From Octopus bimaculoides (taxonomy: Eukaryota), in the NCBI RefSeq assembly GCF_001194135.2, contig NC_069001.1, forward strand, positions 29,032,275-29,095,487: a stretch of DNA of 63,213 bases, written 5' to 3'. The position numbers were made by a program, and so were the translations under genes. The notes under the pieces are model-generated. The model had not been told where the DNA came from. It was given only the letters and a program-made list of their open reading frames with translations, and did no database searches. Positions 26,136 to 39,767 of the stretch are shown piece by piece; the stretch's first letter is position 1; each line of letters begins with the position of its first letter.

Positions 26136-26900
26136 GCCAGAGAAAGTCACACACAAACACACGCGCACAAAAGGGTGTGTGTATTATTGGCGATATATGT
26201 ATGTATACGTGTGTATCTGTGTATCAGTGTCTGTGAGTAGGTGTGCTTACGTCCATAAGTTTGAGCATGCTGTTAATTGCATCTTGATATTTAATTTGTT
26301 CATATATTGTCTACACTATTTACCAATAATTTTCAGCCGCATAGAATCAAATCAATAACCGTACATAAGACAAATTCTGACGTTATAAAAACCATAGATT
26401 ATTACAGTGTCTGCATGGTCCGTTTTCACCGTTGGCCATTTCATACTATCCAATTATTTACTAGGTTTCATTTACTGGTTTCCAAAATAATAATGGAGTT
26501 CGATTGTCTGAAGTGAATGATTATAATGTCGATTTGTTTCTTTCTCCAGTTCTTTGTTCCATTTTGTCGCGATGGACTTGTGTCTGTGCGTCTAATCATT
26601 ATTCTGTCACATGATTAGCCAGAGAAAGTCACACACAAACACACGCGCACAAAAAGGTACACACACACACACACACACGCTCATGCACACGAAAACACAG
26701 GCATGCACGCACGCACAGGATACATACACATAGACAAATGAACACACAGACAATCACATGCACATAGTTTCTACACCCTAAGTGAAATCGCATTCAGAAG
26801 GCGTCCCAAACTACTCGCTTTTTGAAGTACACAAGTTCTATTTTGGCAAATATAACATTATAGAATAAGTAATTTACCTATGTGTATGTATGTGTATATA

Positions 26901-26997
<97 letters not shown>

Positions 26998-27579
26998 CTA
27001 TGTGTATAGTCATGTAAGTTTCTATATGGATATATGTATAGGTATGTATAATATGTATAAAAGTGTTCTAATGTTAGTAATGCATTCCTGTGTAAAGTGA
27101 ATTCTTTAAAAGCGTTTTGCGCTTTATAACTACCACAAACCACAAAAACAAGTCCAACAACAATTTTTCACATTCATCTGTGTGAAATTCTTGAAAGCAA
27201 AATATCTTATAATAATGGTTTCTCGCTTTATAAAATGCCTTATAGTCATACATTTTCTGACCATCTGTCCTATATACCGAACGTCAGTTTGATTCTTGCA
27301 ATCTCTCGCAACTTTTTACAAACTAACTGAAGTATTATTATTGGCAAATAATGATCACCTCTCATTTTTAATATGATGGGTTTTCCGTGATATGATAATA
27401 TATATGTCAGCCTAGAAAAGCCAAATTCGGAAAAATAAGATGTTGTCACGCTAACAGCATACAGCTCTATTTATTCGGAATTAGTATCTTTCTAGATAAA
27501 AAGAAGTTAGCATATATTGGAACGTTGGTGATGGAAGCTATAATATCTCAATAAAAGTCATGTAGGATTTAGGTTTTAG

Positions 27580-27677
27580 CTATTAGACAGAGAAGTGCAA
27601 TCCTGGACTATTATAAATTTCAATATCTATGTTGCTGATAATTTGTACAAAATATATAACATGAGACCTATGACAAG
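27580..27677 (+). CDS. Candidate internal exon, unidentified protein (LLDREVQSWTIINFNIYVADNLYKIYNMRPMT)
   Basis: ttttag| acceptor, AAG|gtaaca donor, open in phase 0 to 2. No homology recognised. Confidence 0.25.
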
Positions 27678-27805
27678 GTAACATACTGATTCATCTGTTA
27701 GCTAACTTTTCTAACATAAAGTGAAACCCGACTGTCGAAACGCAACGTGTTCAAGATGTATATGACATTTTGCAAAAAATGGAAGACCACAACTACCATC
27801 CAGAA

Positions 27806-28605
27806 ATTAAATTACTTTCAGAAACCATAACTTATGTAGTAGATTATGGCTGGAGATAACAGCTTGCTCAAAGTGACGGCAGTCAGCTTCCACCATGGCC
27901 TCAAGGCAGCTCCGGAAATTGAGACATGCATTTCAAACAGAGAATCTGTAAAGAGCTTCAAATACAATGAACCTGGTATCTGCTCGGCCTTCGTGTTACT
28001 GGCAGAATGGATGACGTCTTTCTCAACCACTTTCAAATCGTGATCCATATGATTGCACTCAAAGAATTAGGAGGCCAAAGTTTGGGGCTGGTGAAGTCGT
28101 AGGAACTCAACCACAAACACATGTGTTTGGAGATATGGAAAGTAGTCAAATGATGCTGCTTCATGTATGACCAACATGATGTAACCTTCTGCAAGTAGGG
28201 TTTGACATCACTCTTTAGTTGCTTCACTTCGTCTGAATTCAGCCGAACGCCCAGCGCAAAACGTAGGGAGTGCAAACGAAGTCAGAACGCCTCCTGTGTC
28301 TCTTACCGCCAGTAGTTTAGCTTGAGGCTCCACATGCCACGTTTTACTGCCTTTACAGTCGTCAAAGAGCATTGAACAGAAGTCATGATGTCAGAACTCT
28401 GATGCCTAGAGCGAATCATCATGATAAAGGTAACTCTTAATATTCAAATAGCTTCAATTTCGCCATGTCAGTTAATATTTTCTCAACAACATCATTAATC
28501 TATATGCTCCCCAAAGCTGTCCTATTTTAACCAATTCTTTCAGACCTTCCTGAAAAAAAAAAGGAGACAGAAATAGTCTTCAGATTTAACCCGAACAACA
28601 CCATG
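27806..28605 (-). mobile_element. Degraded, internally deleted Tc1/mariner transposon, maT (DD37D)-like
   Basis: Minus frames: MIRSRHQSSDIMTSVQCSLTTVKAV (HTH-like), then YDFTSPKLWPPNS(fs)NHMDH..VVEKD..NTKAE..CLNFRSCLEAMVEADCRHFE. The third catalytic position is D. A putative terminus TA|CATGGTGTTGTTCGGGTTAAATC lies at 28607-28583; the other TIR was not found. Confidence 0.85.
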
Positions 28606-28628
28606 TATATTTTACAATGCTTCTTCAG

Positions 28629-28696
28629 GTGGTAGACTGGAATATTCATTAGAACGATTGTATTATGCAATCAACAGATACCATCCGAAACACAAG
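28629..28696 (+). CDS. Candidate internal exon (xGRLEYSLERLYYAINRYHPKHK)
   Basis: gcttcttcag| acceptor, AAG|gtatga donor. Only one frame is open and it ends in phase 0, compatible with the next exon. Confidence 0.4.
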
Positions 28697-28712
28697 GTAT
28701 GAGAACACATAT

Positions 28713-28758
<46 letters not shown>

Positions 28759-28827
28759 ACAGTCCCCCTTCCACACCATATGTATTTTCAGTGTAGTTGA
28801 GTTTTAACCATGAATTTTGGTCTACAG

Positions 28828-28884
28828 AATATGACACTTGCCCATGATATCTGGCAGCTCGATCGAATTTATGGTATCACAAAG
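28828..28884 (+). CDS. Candidate internal exon (NMTLAHDIWQLDRIYGITK)
   Basis: ttttggtctacag| acceptor, AAG|gtaatg donor, 57 nt, phase 0 to 0. Follows a 131-nt (CA)n-containing intron. Confidence 0.4.
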
Positions 28885-29677
28885 GTAATGCACACATGCA
28901 AACCACACTGCAGTGCTGCACTGATATTTTTTACGCCATGCGAAGAGATATTTACATTAGGGCTAATGTGATTTGGCGGCGTATAACTACATTACAAACT
29001 TATATTTCTTGTATAATATGCATATTTCTCAATAGAGAAGAATAAATTATTTTGTCAAGGAATGACGTTGAATGCTACTTAACATGGGGATTATACAATG
29101 ATGGGTGTTCACAAGACCCTCAATTTATTAGCGTCTAAAAGGTGTAGGTATTTTCGTACGACGAGATATAACAGTGATCATATTTAAGTTGAAATTTCTC
29201 GGAAAATATTTAGAAAGAATATATAAATCATCGTTTAAGATATCGATGGTCTCTGCACATGGTAATTGCTTTCATTTTGGTGGACTTCAACAGGCATTAG
29301 CATGCATGCTGTATCCTGAACTTATTTCTTTAGTGTCAATGATCTGGAAATAGATTTAACTACTAAGAGATACAACCACGTGGAAAGCACAGTGCCTCAG
29401 AGCCGGTTTCAAAACATCATCTGAAATGAAGTGTTCTCCGACTCAGTAATACAACTGAGATTTACATAGTGAAATAGAAAATTGAAATATGACAGAACAT
29501 TAAGTTCATATATTTATAATCGTTCTCCCTGTTTGTCTCACTGCACAGGTATTTAATAAAATTGTAATTTTGTTTTATTAAAATCTAACGTGGTACTTTG
29601 TGATATATTTTTATTTTTATGATCCTCTCAGGAAGGGAAATATTGTATATAAAATTAATGGATTAAAAATCCAATTA

Positions 29678-29965
29678 CTATTGTAATTCAGCATCGCTTT
29701 TTATGAAACTTAACTTGGCTCTGAAACGCTCACGGATCAAACCTATTACATATTGAATGCAATGAGAATCCAAGCGTAAGTTTAGTTCATTTAAGCTGAT
29801 GGCCTCGTTTACGTAATAGAATGAGAATAGATTCAGCAACCGGTCATTTGCCAAAGATTTTATATTCTTAAGAAAGCAAATACGCAGAATGACTCTACGT
29901 AAATTATGTAAGAGTTTTATTATATCCTGAGAGGAAAATATAATTGAGAACTTGTACACGTAATC
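29678..29965 (-). CDS. Candidate terminal exon, 95 codons, unidentified
   Basis: Strong acceptor ttaacgttactatttctatttcatttcag| leads into an open frame DYVYKFSIIFSSQDIIKLLHNLRR..SDAELQ*. ORF length alone is not significant. Confidence 0.25.
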   Translation of the reverse strand, partial: DYVYKFSIIFSSQDIIKLLHNLRRVILRICFLKNIKSLANDRLLNLFSFYYVNEAISLNELNLRLDSHCIQYVIGLIRERFRAKLSFIKSDAELQ

Positions 29966-30654
29966 CTGAAATGAAATAGAAATAGTAACGTTAATTTGCC
30001 GACAATTCCGACACAAATACCATAGAGAAATTTATAAGGAACGTTTTCTTAAGTAGAGCATGAGGAAAAGTATTTTTACGAGTATCAAAGGATTGGATGA
30101 GAAACTCAATTCATCACTTTCTTGCCAACAATCATTGTAACGAATCATTTTATAGTTCGAGATGTCACTTTATTCACTTCGAAGAAACTACTTCCATTCT
30201 GCTCAGATCGATATTTTCGTCAACTAACTGTAAATTTGAAATCCCTCGCGGTAGTCGAAGTATATGAAACATAAAGCATACTGGTAAATATCTTATGCGA
30301 GTAACATTGACAATGATAGTTGATGTTCAATAAGCAATTGTATGTTACGCTGTATATTGTAAATATATTTTGATTTCGTTGAATCGGGAATATATCATCT
30401 TACGAATAATGAGTACCAATGTGTTAAGGAAGATATCTTATTGTTGTCGATTAACAAGGATGATGTATTGATTACTAATTTGGATAGACGACATTTCAAA
30501 GAGGGTACGGCATATTTGTTTACTGTCGCTATTTCAGAGGAAATGCAGCACATATAATCCGTTTCAGAGTCTCCAAGATATAGGGAAGAATGAAAGAAAC
30601 TACCAACACTTTGAATTATTCTAAAGGCAGCAACATAGTAATTCTAAGTCTAAT

Positions 30655-30850
30655 ACGGTAGTACGCCTGGCATAATGCTTAATACTTTGTGAGTCTGAAC
30701 GTTCTAAGTTCAAATTCCACCGGGATCCACTTCGTTTATCATCATTTGAATTTCGACAAAATAAGTACCAGTTGAACACTGGAGGTCGATGTAATCGGCT
30801 TATACCGTATTCGGAAATTTATGGCTTTGTGCCAAAATCTGAAATTGATT
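30655..30850 (+). mobile_element. SINE family C, degenerate
   Basis: acgttctaagttcaaattccaccg..cgacaaaataagtaccagttgaacactggaggtcgatgtaatcg. Confidence 0.8.
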
Positions 30851-33488
30851 TGAAGTCAACATGTAGAAGATTGAGGGTCCCTGTTCAAACTAGCAGGTAC
30901 ACGTCATTCATTTGCCAGATTTCTTAGAGAATGCGTACGGTGACAGAAGAAAAGCAAGTGTTTGATGGCAGAGAACAACAAAATCAGATCGGAAATATTT
31001 AGTTAAGAAACAAATATTTCAACGTAAATATTTTAAATATGATATTCAAGATTCGAAGTAGATATCTAATATTGTTTTCTCAAATACAGGCGAAACAAAA
31101 GAGTAATGAACCGTCGTAATATTTCAGATCTGAATGGGAAGTTAACTCAAATAAATACAACAATGCAGATCCAACCTCTACCATTCCTGCAAATTTAATT
31201 TCGTATACGATAAGCTATTTTTAATTATAAGCAAAATTCAACACTTTTATGGCACTTTCATTTAATCATAGCTATATTTTAACTGAACTGAAATATATCG
31301 CACTGTTTTTTCTATTTGAACTGAAGGAAATATTAACACGTATAAGACTGAAGAGTTTCATTCAAACACATTAGATCATGCTGGGGGGTTCTTCTGTAGT
31401 GGGAGACACTACAAAACATCCAATGTGTAATTTATTGATAAAAAATGTTTAGTTTTGACGAATATCGATATCGGCACGCTTAGTTGAAAACAGAATTTGA
31501 AGGTGACAGTGTTTCAAGTAATGTGATGTTACAACTGGAACATAACATACATCAATATTATTTAAGGGAGACAAATTGTGTAACCTATTCTTGAAAACTT
31601 AGGAAGCTACAAATAAAAACCAAAGCACACGTAATTCATACATCACTGCCTTACGTAAGTTACAATTTTTCCTTCACAAATGGAGTATTATTCTGATAGC
31701 CTAACATCCATGATCCCTTCAATAAGAATCATTTCGTGTCAATAAAATGAAAGAGATCAACCTCAATGTTAGCAAATTAATGACAGGAAATATTTCACTA
31801 TTTTCAGGAAATATGAATGCTCAACGAGCTTGCAAAATATCTGTCCCAGAAACATAAAGTAAAAAAAAAAATATATTAGGGTAATAGCAGGCGGTTAAAT
31901 ATCACTATTTGGGGAAAAAAATCCCTTCCAAAATGTGCCAGAAATCAACAATATTAGAGATGCAAGAAATAGTTCCAATGGCTCGTGTTACGTTTATATA
32001 AAGCAATGATTAAACAAGAAATGGCCTGCATGCATTTAATTGCCTAACGGGAAATTTAATAAATTTCAAGGAAATGTTCGTCTGAAAATTTAATTTCGTT
32101 ATCTGTTTGAACTATTTCCTGTTTTCATTCACAAACTAACAGCAAATCTCTATTGCCCTGAAGGAGTTATTTGGATAGTCGAGAGGAGCCACTGCATTTC
32201 CTTTCCATGGTCAAACAATAATATTGATAAAACAAACACGATTGTTCGTATATTAAGCCTGTAGTGCATCAAACAACGTGAAGCAGTAGCTACTGAGTAT
32301 GGCTTACATTACTATAGAGAATAGTTTTAGCTATGACGGGTTATATATTCTAAATAACTAGAGACATAAACAGAACAATGTAGCTTTACTTGCAAAGAGA
32401 AATAAATTAAGTCACTATATTCAGTCAAATAGAATTTTATCCAAAGCCCCAATATTGCGGATTATTAAAATAATAACCACGTTATTTTACAACCGGATAC
32501 AGTATAAACTTTCTTTCCAATAATATTTTCTGCAAGTCTGTTTTATATAAAAAAAAAAGAAAAAAATGTCTTTGAGGAAAACGTTTGCTCTGAAGTACTG
32601 ATATGCTGGGTGTGCTGGAAAAATATATCAAAAGCTTTGGAAAATATCAAACAACAGCAAAAGCTATCGTAACCCGTCAATAAAATGTAAATAGTAGAAT
32701 AAAAGAACCAGAAGGAAAAAGAACAAAATAATTGCAAAGAATTACGAAAAAGAAACATCAATCAATATAAAAATAATGAAAGAAGGCAAACATTTTTTCA
32801 AATTAGAAAACGAAAGTTTGGACTATGATTGTATGAATGTCATGTGATCATCACTTTGATGTTCTCTTCGGCACGTGATGATGCATTGATGCAGTTAATG
32901 TCAGTAGCCATGCATGAAGTTATCTCTGCAAAATGTTACAAGTTGCGTCCAACGATATTTAAGTAGTGAGAGAAAAATTTGAATTTAGCAACAACACAAA
33001 ACAGGGTTACATTAGTGAAATCATGGTGAATGAACCAAACCATTTGCAATTTAGCAAACCGACTCCCTAAAAACAGAAATCAAAAAAAAAAAGAAACATA
33101 AATGAATATATAAATAAAAAGGAAGTATAAAGAAATGGAATTATAGAAGTAAGCGAAGAGAAATCTAAAACAATCCGACCAAAACTCTAATATTAAAAAA
33201 AAGATCAATAATAGCACAACGTTAATAAAAAAATATAAAACAGCGGGGAAAATATCAAGAGGAGATAACAAAAATAGCATGATATTACTTGATTTGACCG
33301 AGCTAACGGTAAAACCTGTAACATGACACAAATTACAGTTGGCCGCTCTGTAATCCTGTCTTTTCACATGGATCTAAATAAATGTAATCATAAACATACC
33401 TACCTATCTACACACACACACACACACACACAAACACAAACACACGCATACATACATACATACAGACACATATGTATATAAATACATG

Positions 33489-33529
<41 letters not shown>

Positions 33530-34329
33530 ACATACACATACATACACAAATGCATGAATGTGTATATATGTCAGTATGTATGTACGAATGTATATATATA
33601 TATACACANNNNNNNNNNNNNNNNNNNNNNNNNNNNNNNNNNNNNNNNNNNNNNNNNNNNNNNNNNNNNNNNNNNNNNNNNNNNNNNNNNNNNNNNNNNN
33701 NNNNNNNNNNNNNNNNNNNNNNNNNNNNNNNNNNNNNNNNNNNNNNNNNNNNNNNNNNNNNNNNNNNNNNNNNNNNNNNNNNNNNNNNNNNNNNNNNNNN
33801 NNNNNNNNNNNNNNNNNNNNNNNNNNNNNNNNNNNNNNNNNNNNNNNNNNNNNNNNNNNNNNNNNNNNNNNNNNNNNNNNNNNNNNNNNNNNNNNNNNNN
33901 NNNNNNNNNNNNNNNNNNNNNNNNNNNNNNNNNNNNNNNNNNNNNNNNNNNNNNNNNNNNNNNNNNNNNNNNNNNNNNNNNNNNNNNNNNNNNNNNNNNN
34001 NNNNNNNNNNNNNNNNNNNNNNNNNNNNNNNNNNNNNNNNNNNNNNNNNNNNNNNNNNNNNNNNNNNNNNNNNNNNNNNNNNNNNNNNNNNNNNNNNNNN
34101 NNNNNNNNNNNNNNNNNNNNNNNNNNNNNNNNNNNNNNNNNNNNNNNNNNNNNNNNNNNNNNNNNNNNNNNNNNNNNNNNNNNNNNNNNNNNNNNNNNNN
34201 NNNNNNNNNNNNNNNNNNNNNNNNNNNNNNNNNNNNNATATATATATATATATAGATATATATATACAAACAAAAAATAGAGGGGATAAGAAAAATACTT
34301 ATCCACCACTGTATAACATAACATGAATC

Positions 34330-34660
34330 CTGGAAGGCAACACTTGAAGTCTATAACATTTCTCTTTCCTATAACTAATCCATTTTACTACTCTCGCACT
34401 CTAACTCTTGCTCCTATTCTTCTTATGCCCTCTTCAATAAGAAACATATACTGTACCTATTAGTAACTGACGTTTGTATGTATCGGCTCTCATAAATATT
34501 TAGACCTCTGATGAAGCCTAGAGACGCACTCTCAACATCCAAACTTTATCGACCCATCCCTACAGAACACTGAAGAAATGTGACTAGCATGGAGGGTATC
34601 ATGGCCTCTTGGCAGAAACGGTTGTAAGGCGCTGATCTTTTAAACTTTTACTCTTTTACG
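34330..34660 (+). mobile_element. Penelope-like 3'/terminal repeat fragment with hammerhead-like core
   Basis: CTGATGA-A-GCC at 34508-34518 and GGC-A-GAAAC-G-GTT at 34611-34623. Stem II is interrupted by about 90 nt and stem I is weak. Confidence 0.5.
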
Positions 34661-34950
34661 TATTACTAGTATATATTTGTGTAGCACACATTCTTTGCAT
34701 GTGTATATATTATTATAATACTGTCTTCTGTTTTGGAATAAATAGACATAATACGTCTACCAGCTGATGTATGTCATTTTTGTACCCCCTCCATTTTCTT
34801 TTTATCCCCGCTCATAAATGATACTGGATTGCGAAATTGCCACGCAATAACCAGCACTTGGGTAGTAATAATTGGCCATACTATCAGTAGTATATTTGAT
34901 AGGTACCATCCCTTACTTGGTTGGCTACCTAACCTCTGACCCTGACGGGA

Positions 34951-35011
<61 letters not shown>

Positions 35012-37020
35012 CAACAAGACACCAATGTTTGCAAGAAATAGCAGTCGATAACCGTACGACGCTATGTAAAGCTTCACTGAAATTATAGAGGCAAAGGTGT
35101 GTACGGGCAGCAAACCTAAAAACATTTTCGCCGTACCTCTATGAAGAACGCCGTATAAATGGACAACCTAGAAGGGATGAACTGGTACTTGAGTCACGGA
35201 CTTTCTAGAATACGTTTGTTATCGTAAGTCTCGCTAGTCTTCTTCAACGGCATCTAAAAGATACGTTTCATGTTTGTTAAAATTGTTCAAATCTGCAACT
35301 AATGTACAAATCCCTTTGTCTCTGCTCGCGGTACAAGCTTGAGTACGATTTTTTTTACATTTCATCTTATTCAAACACTTGTAATTATCATCTAAAAAAT
35401 ATTTGTGTATGGGTGTATGTAGCTGTGTATGTATATATATATACACGCATGCACACACTCACCTACACATGTATATGATAAAATTGAAAATGCATTGAAA
35501 ACCACGCGGAAAAGAATGAGAATATAGTGACGCTAATTTAATTTATCAATGAAAGGATGAGAAGGTCATTAACAGTTCGGACGTCAGTTTTTTTATCAGA
35601 CAGTATTGGAATGTTGGGAATGTTTGCTAGGATAAATTCAATCCGCAGGATCCCTAAGTAAAAAGGGAAATAAATCACTCTACACCAGAGTAGTTTAAAA
35701 AAGTGAACTTCCTCATTTTACATTTCCTACCCAATGGCTATGTTTCATTCGATGCGACCGTGTGTTGGTTTGAACGTCTGTCATTACATTTAACGTTATA
35801 CTTAAACTAGGCGTAGCACCATGCCTGGTTTTACACACAAACACACATAGAACATATACATGTACGTATATATATTGTATAGAAATGTCCAGTGGAAAGG
35901 CATGACTATATCTGAATTGAGATATGACCTTACAGAAAAAAAAAATACAATTCTAAGTGAGGTGTATATTTAAAAAAAAATATACATGAGAATGAACTTA
36001 ATGTAGCGGATATAGGGAATAAAGGGCTGCTGTATTGTTAACGTAAACAAGTATTATAGGAGTAGAAAGAGTTAACGAGAGAATAAGCTGCGTAAAATGG
36101 ACTTGTGTTTGCATATGAACTGTTATTCGGTTGTATTTAATACGTACGGTTGAAAAATAAGTAAACAAAGAAAAATAGTTCTTAATATTACGATTTAGAC
36201 AGAAATACTTGCTGTGGCTATACAGATGAGAAAAGAGCTCTCAGAGGTTTGTTATTATTGGTGGTAGGGATACTGAAATATAAGTCCATTCATTTTGGAT
36301 GAATGTGAGGCTGGGAATTGTTTCTCTGTAGGAGAAACTAATACTCTTTTTAGGAGACGGGTCACTGTCACTCTAATCTATAAAAAGTGTGCTTACCTGT
36401 TATAAGAATACTTCCGCCTCTTGCCATTTATACATATGTTGATTAATAGACTATCAACGCTACATATCCTACTAATCAACAATGTCCATTATTTTGAGGT
36501 ATAATGTTTATATTTTCAATTTTCAATGCACATCTTCAATGCATTTTTATATGAAAATTAAAAATGTTGCGACTTTTTCGAATCCTACACCTATCACTAA
36601 AGGAGCTGATTAATATTTTGGAGATCAAGAGTACGTGTGTGTATTTCGTTATATTTAATCGTAAAATCCAATTTATGCATGATATGACATTTAATAACAA
36701 ATATGTAGAGGAATGGCTATATAGTAGGCGTTCATTTTATAGTAGGATGAAAGTTAATAGTGTTCACATGGGTTGGGTGTCAAGTAGATTATTGCAAATT
36801 GTTAAAATTACTCTTTTCTGCATACAGTTGCTGATTTAATTTTATATCGTTTTATTCGATTATGCTTGATTCGGGAGTAATAGGCCGAAACTCAGGTATC
36901 AGAATTGCATTTATGTTCTTCGTAGTTACGTAAGTTTACAGCACCATGATGTCTCCTCTACCTTATTTGACAAAGAGGGCGTCTATGTTTCTTTTCTCAG
37001 TATTTAGAAATTGATCAAGA

Positions 37021-37212
37021 CAGCAAACTGGCACAATGGTTACCGCACCGGCAATTTTTTTTTTATGCGTCAGATGCTGTAGAGACAGACTTTGCTTTTC
37101 ATTCTTTCGAGGTCGAAAAAAATAAGTACCAATTGAATCCTGGGGTCGATGTATTCGACTGCCTAGCTCCCCCAACATTTCGGGTTTTGCGCCTATATTA
37201 GAAAGGAATATA
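37021..37212 (+). mobile_element. SINE family C, degenerate
   Basis: gactttgcttttcattctttcgaggtcgaaaaaaataagtacc..tggggtcgatgtattcgact. Confidence 0.8.
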
Positions 37213-37221
37213 CACAAAATG

Positions 37222-37440
37222 TGAGGTAGTTAACTGGTAAAATCGTTTCGATGCTACAAAAAATGCTCAAGGGCTTTTTGTCCGACTTTTCTTTCTGATT
37301 TCAATTCCGCTGGGGTAGACTTTACCTCTTATCTTTTCAGGGTCCATAAAATAAGTACCTGTTGATCACTGGGTGTCTATGTGACTGACTAACTCTCCTC
37401 AAAATTGCTAGCTTTGACCCACATTTTGAAACCATTTGAA
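37222..37440 (+). mobile_element. SINE family C, degenerate, tandem with the 37021 copy
   Basis: ttcaattccgctggggtagactttacc..ccataaaataagtacctgttgatcactgggtgtc. Confidence 0.75.
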
Positions 37441-38173
37441 AGTGTATTTTGTGCGCTTTTCATTTGGCAGAAACATTGCTTTGTAGTGTATTATTTTGCT
37501 GGAGTTCATTTTTGCATTTATTTCTGTTTGCTTCTGCTCTTACAAATATTTTGCTACATTTCTAATGTTTACATATTGCATTTGGAAATATTTGCTGGAT
37601 GTCGCTGTCCACTAGCTTAAACAATACGTTGTTCAATATTTTTGAAGATATTCATCTTGAAAATTTCCTGTTGGTTAGCTCTCTTTTATTTACAATGTTT
37701 TCTCATAAAGCACACACTCACACATACAAGACTGTGTGTATGTACGAGTTATTGTGTATATGTTCCAATGTACAGGTTACCGTTTAATTATTTCAAATGT
37801 GTGTGCTCTTTTGAACGAGTTCGCTTGTCACAAAGATAAAAAAAAAATCACCCCAGATTATATAAACAACAATGATGAAGTTTAACAAGTTGATCTTGAA
37901 CAAAATATTCCATTATTATTGTTTTCAATTGCAGATTGTGTTTTCACTCTATTTGTTGACTGTCCGAGATCTCCAGTTTTCCAAGATTTCTAACTCAGCC
38001 ACGGATCTTGTAAAAAAAATCCCAAATATTAATCTGAGTAGAATACAATAAATTGTAATGTTGTCGCTGTCGCATATACTCGTCCTCGCTGATTTTAAGG
38101 CTCACCGACATGTATGCAGACCGCTCACGTATACACATATACATTAATTTACTCTTCTGTTCCTAATATCAAT

Positions 38174-38354
38174 ATGAAGCCTTTGAAATTTGGACATAGA
38201 GCTTGTGATGAGAATAGTGCAGTAAGTTTTATTGTGTCGGAATGTTTGCATCAGTTTTTCTACAATATTTATAGCTGTACTTATCGCAGGCAACAGCTGT
38301 TGCCCGGATGATATTGCACATTTTGTATGGGAGACCATTATCCTACATCGAAAG
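38174..38354 (+). CDS. Candidate exon pair 38174-38221 and 38290-38354 with a 68-nt intron
   Basis: GCA|gtaagt donor, ttatcgcag| acceptor, AAG|gtattt donor. The phase-0 join reads MKPLKFGHRACDENSA-ATAVARMILHILYGRPLSYIE. The second exon is also open in phase 1 (NSCCPDDIAHFVWETIILHRK). Confidence 0.3.
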
Positions 38355-38424
38355 GTATTTATATGCTGATACTTTTAGACGTGTGCTGTTCACATTCGTA
38401 ATATCGGTTACAAGTTTTGACACA

Positions 38425-38580
38425 AGTCCTTTCTTATCAACTGATAATACTTTATTGATCCCGAAGGATAGAAGGCAAGGTCGACCTCGGTAGAATTGGA
38501 ACTTAGAACGTGAAGACGGGTGAGATGCAATTAATCACTTTGCTCGGCGTGCTAACGATTCAGCGAGATTGACGCCTTAG
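38425..38580 (-). mobile_element. SINE family C
   Basis: Reverse complement of aatcgttagcacgccgagcaaag..acgttctaagttccaattctaccgaggtcgaccttgccttctatccttcggg. Confidence 0.85.
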
Positions 38581-39767
38581 CTCACATTTGTAACATCAAC
38601 CACAATTACAAGTGCTTCTGGAACATTCAATAGCAGCATTTAATGCATGGTCTACTTATCATAAAAGCTACGAAGCAACCAATCACGAATGAGGAAAAGA
38701 TTCGATCTCATTTCTGTAATTAAGACACTATTACAAATATGTTGCTCATCAACTATAAAATATCAAACACAGAAGAAGGCAAATTTAGTCGCACCCTCTT
38801 GTAGCTCTCTTTAAGATTCCAGTTTTCATAACCTTTCAAAATATGGTCATCTTCTAAACTTCCTATCCTATTTAATGATCCTTTCACATGATCACAACCC
38901 TTGCAATTTTAGAGCCGTATGCAACCTTATCGGTATGTGCATAGTCTTGGTGAAATATTGACTCACACTTTCGCTTTTGCGCACTTGATTAACGTTTGTG
39001 TTTTTGCACACGTTGGTTAGCAGATACCGTTGGAAAGATACAATCATTTGAGACTCAAATGTTGTCTGTGAATATATGTAGCTACTTCCTACGTGATTTC
39101 TCATGAGATAGATAGGACATTTCCGTATCGTAATGTGTAAGGAAATCTCCAGTTGATATCATGAATTGTGAGTTTTAACTGTTATGAAGTATACTTACAG
39201 TACATACCGAATGTTGCTATTAATGCTACTCCAGTAAACATATCGTCTTATGAAAAGAATATGCTGCCATATATTGGAAATCTCTTATCAATTTCTTTCA
39301 CACTCTAACACGTGATATTTGCATCTTATATTTTCATCAGTAGCAGAGCCGTGTAGTAAAATCGGTTTGACTGCACCTTCAGAGAATATTCATTTTGGAA
39401 ATAGAAAAGCAGCTTTTCTGAACTAAACTATAATGCATGTGGTTTTGATAAAACATGACTCTATACGGGCTGAAAAGGTTAGTGTTAGAGTTGGTCTTTA
39501 TCATAACTGTAATTATTTCTATTATATATTACTAAGACGTCAATGATATAGTTACATGTAACATGCCTTTTTGCACTTTTAGCGCTTAATAATATAGTTT
39601 TATGAATGTTACAAACAAATAAATAAGTGAATGAATTAACAAAACGAATACCGACTTAGCGCCACAAATACAAAGAAGCAGAGGTAAGCAATTTCATCAG
39701 GTTCCTTCATTGGAGTGATATATATATATATATATATATAAAATGATATCAAACATTTTCTTTTCAG

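Noticed and set aside
27580-27640. Cadherin-like LDRE motif in the candidate exon
   Set aside because: The downstream A.D.G.P and DxND motifs are absent, so this is not evidence for a protocadherin.
32147-32330. CPEGVIW..HC peptide resembling a C-type lectin start
   Set aside because: In-frame stop, no convincing donor and none of the remaining lectin motifs.
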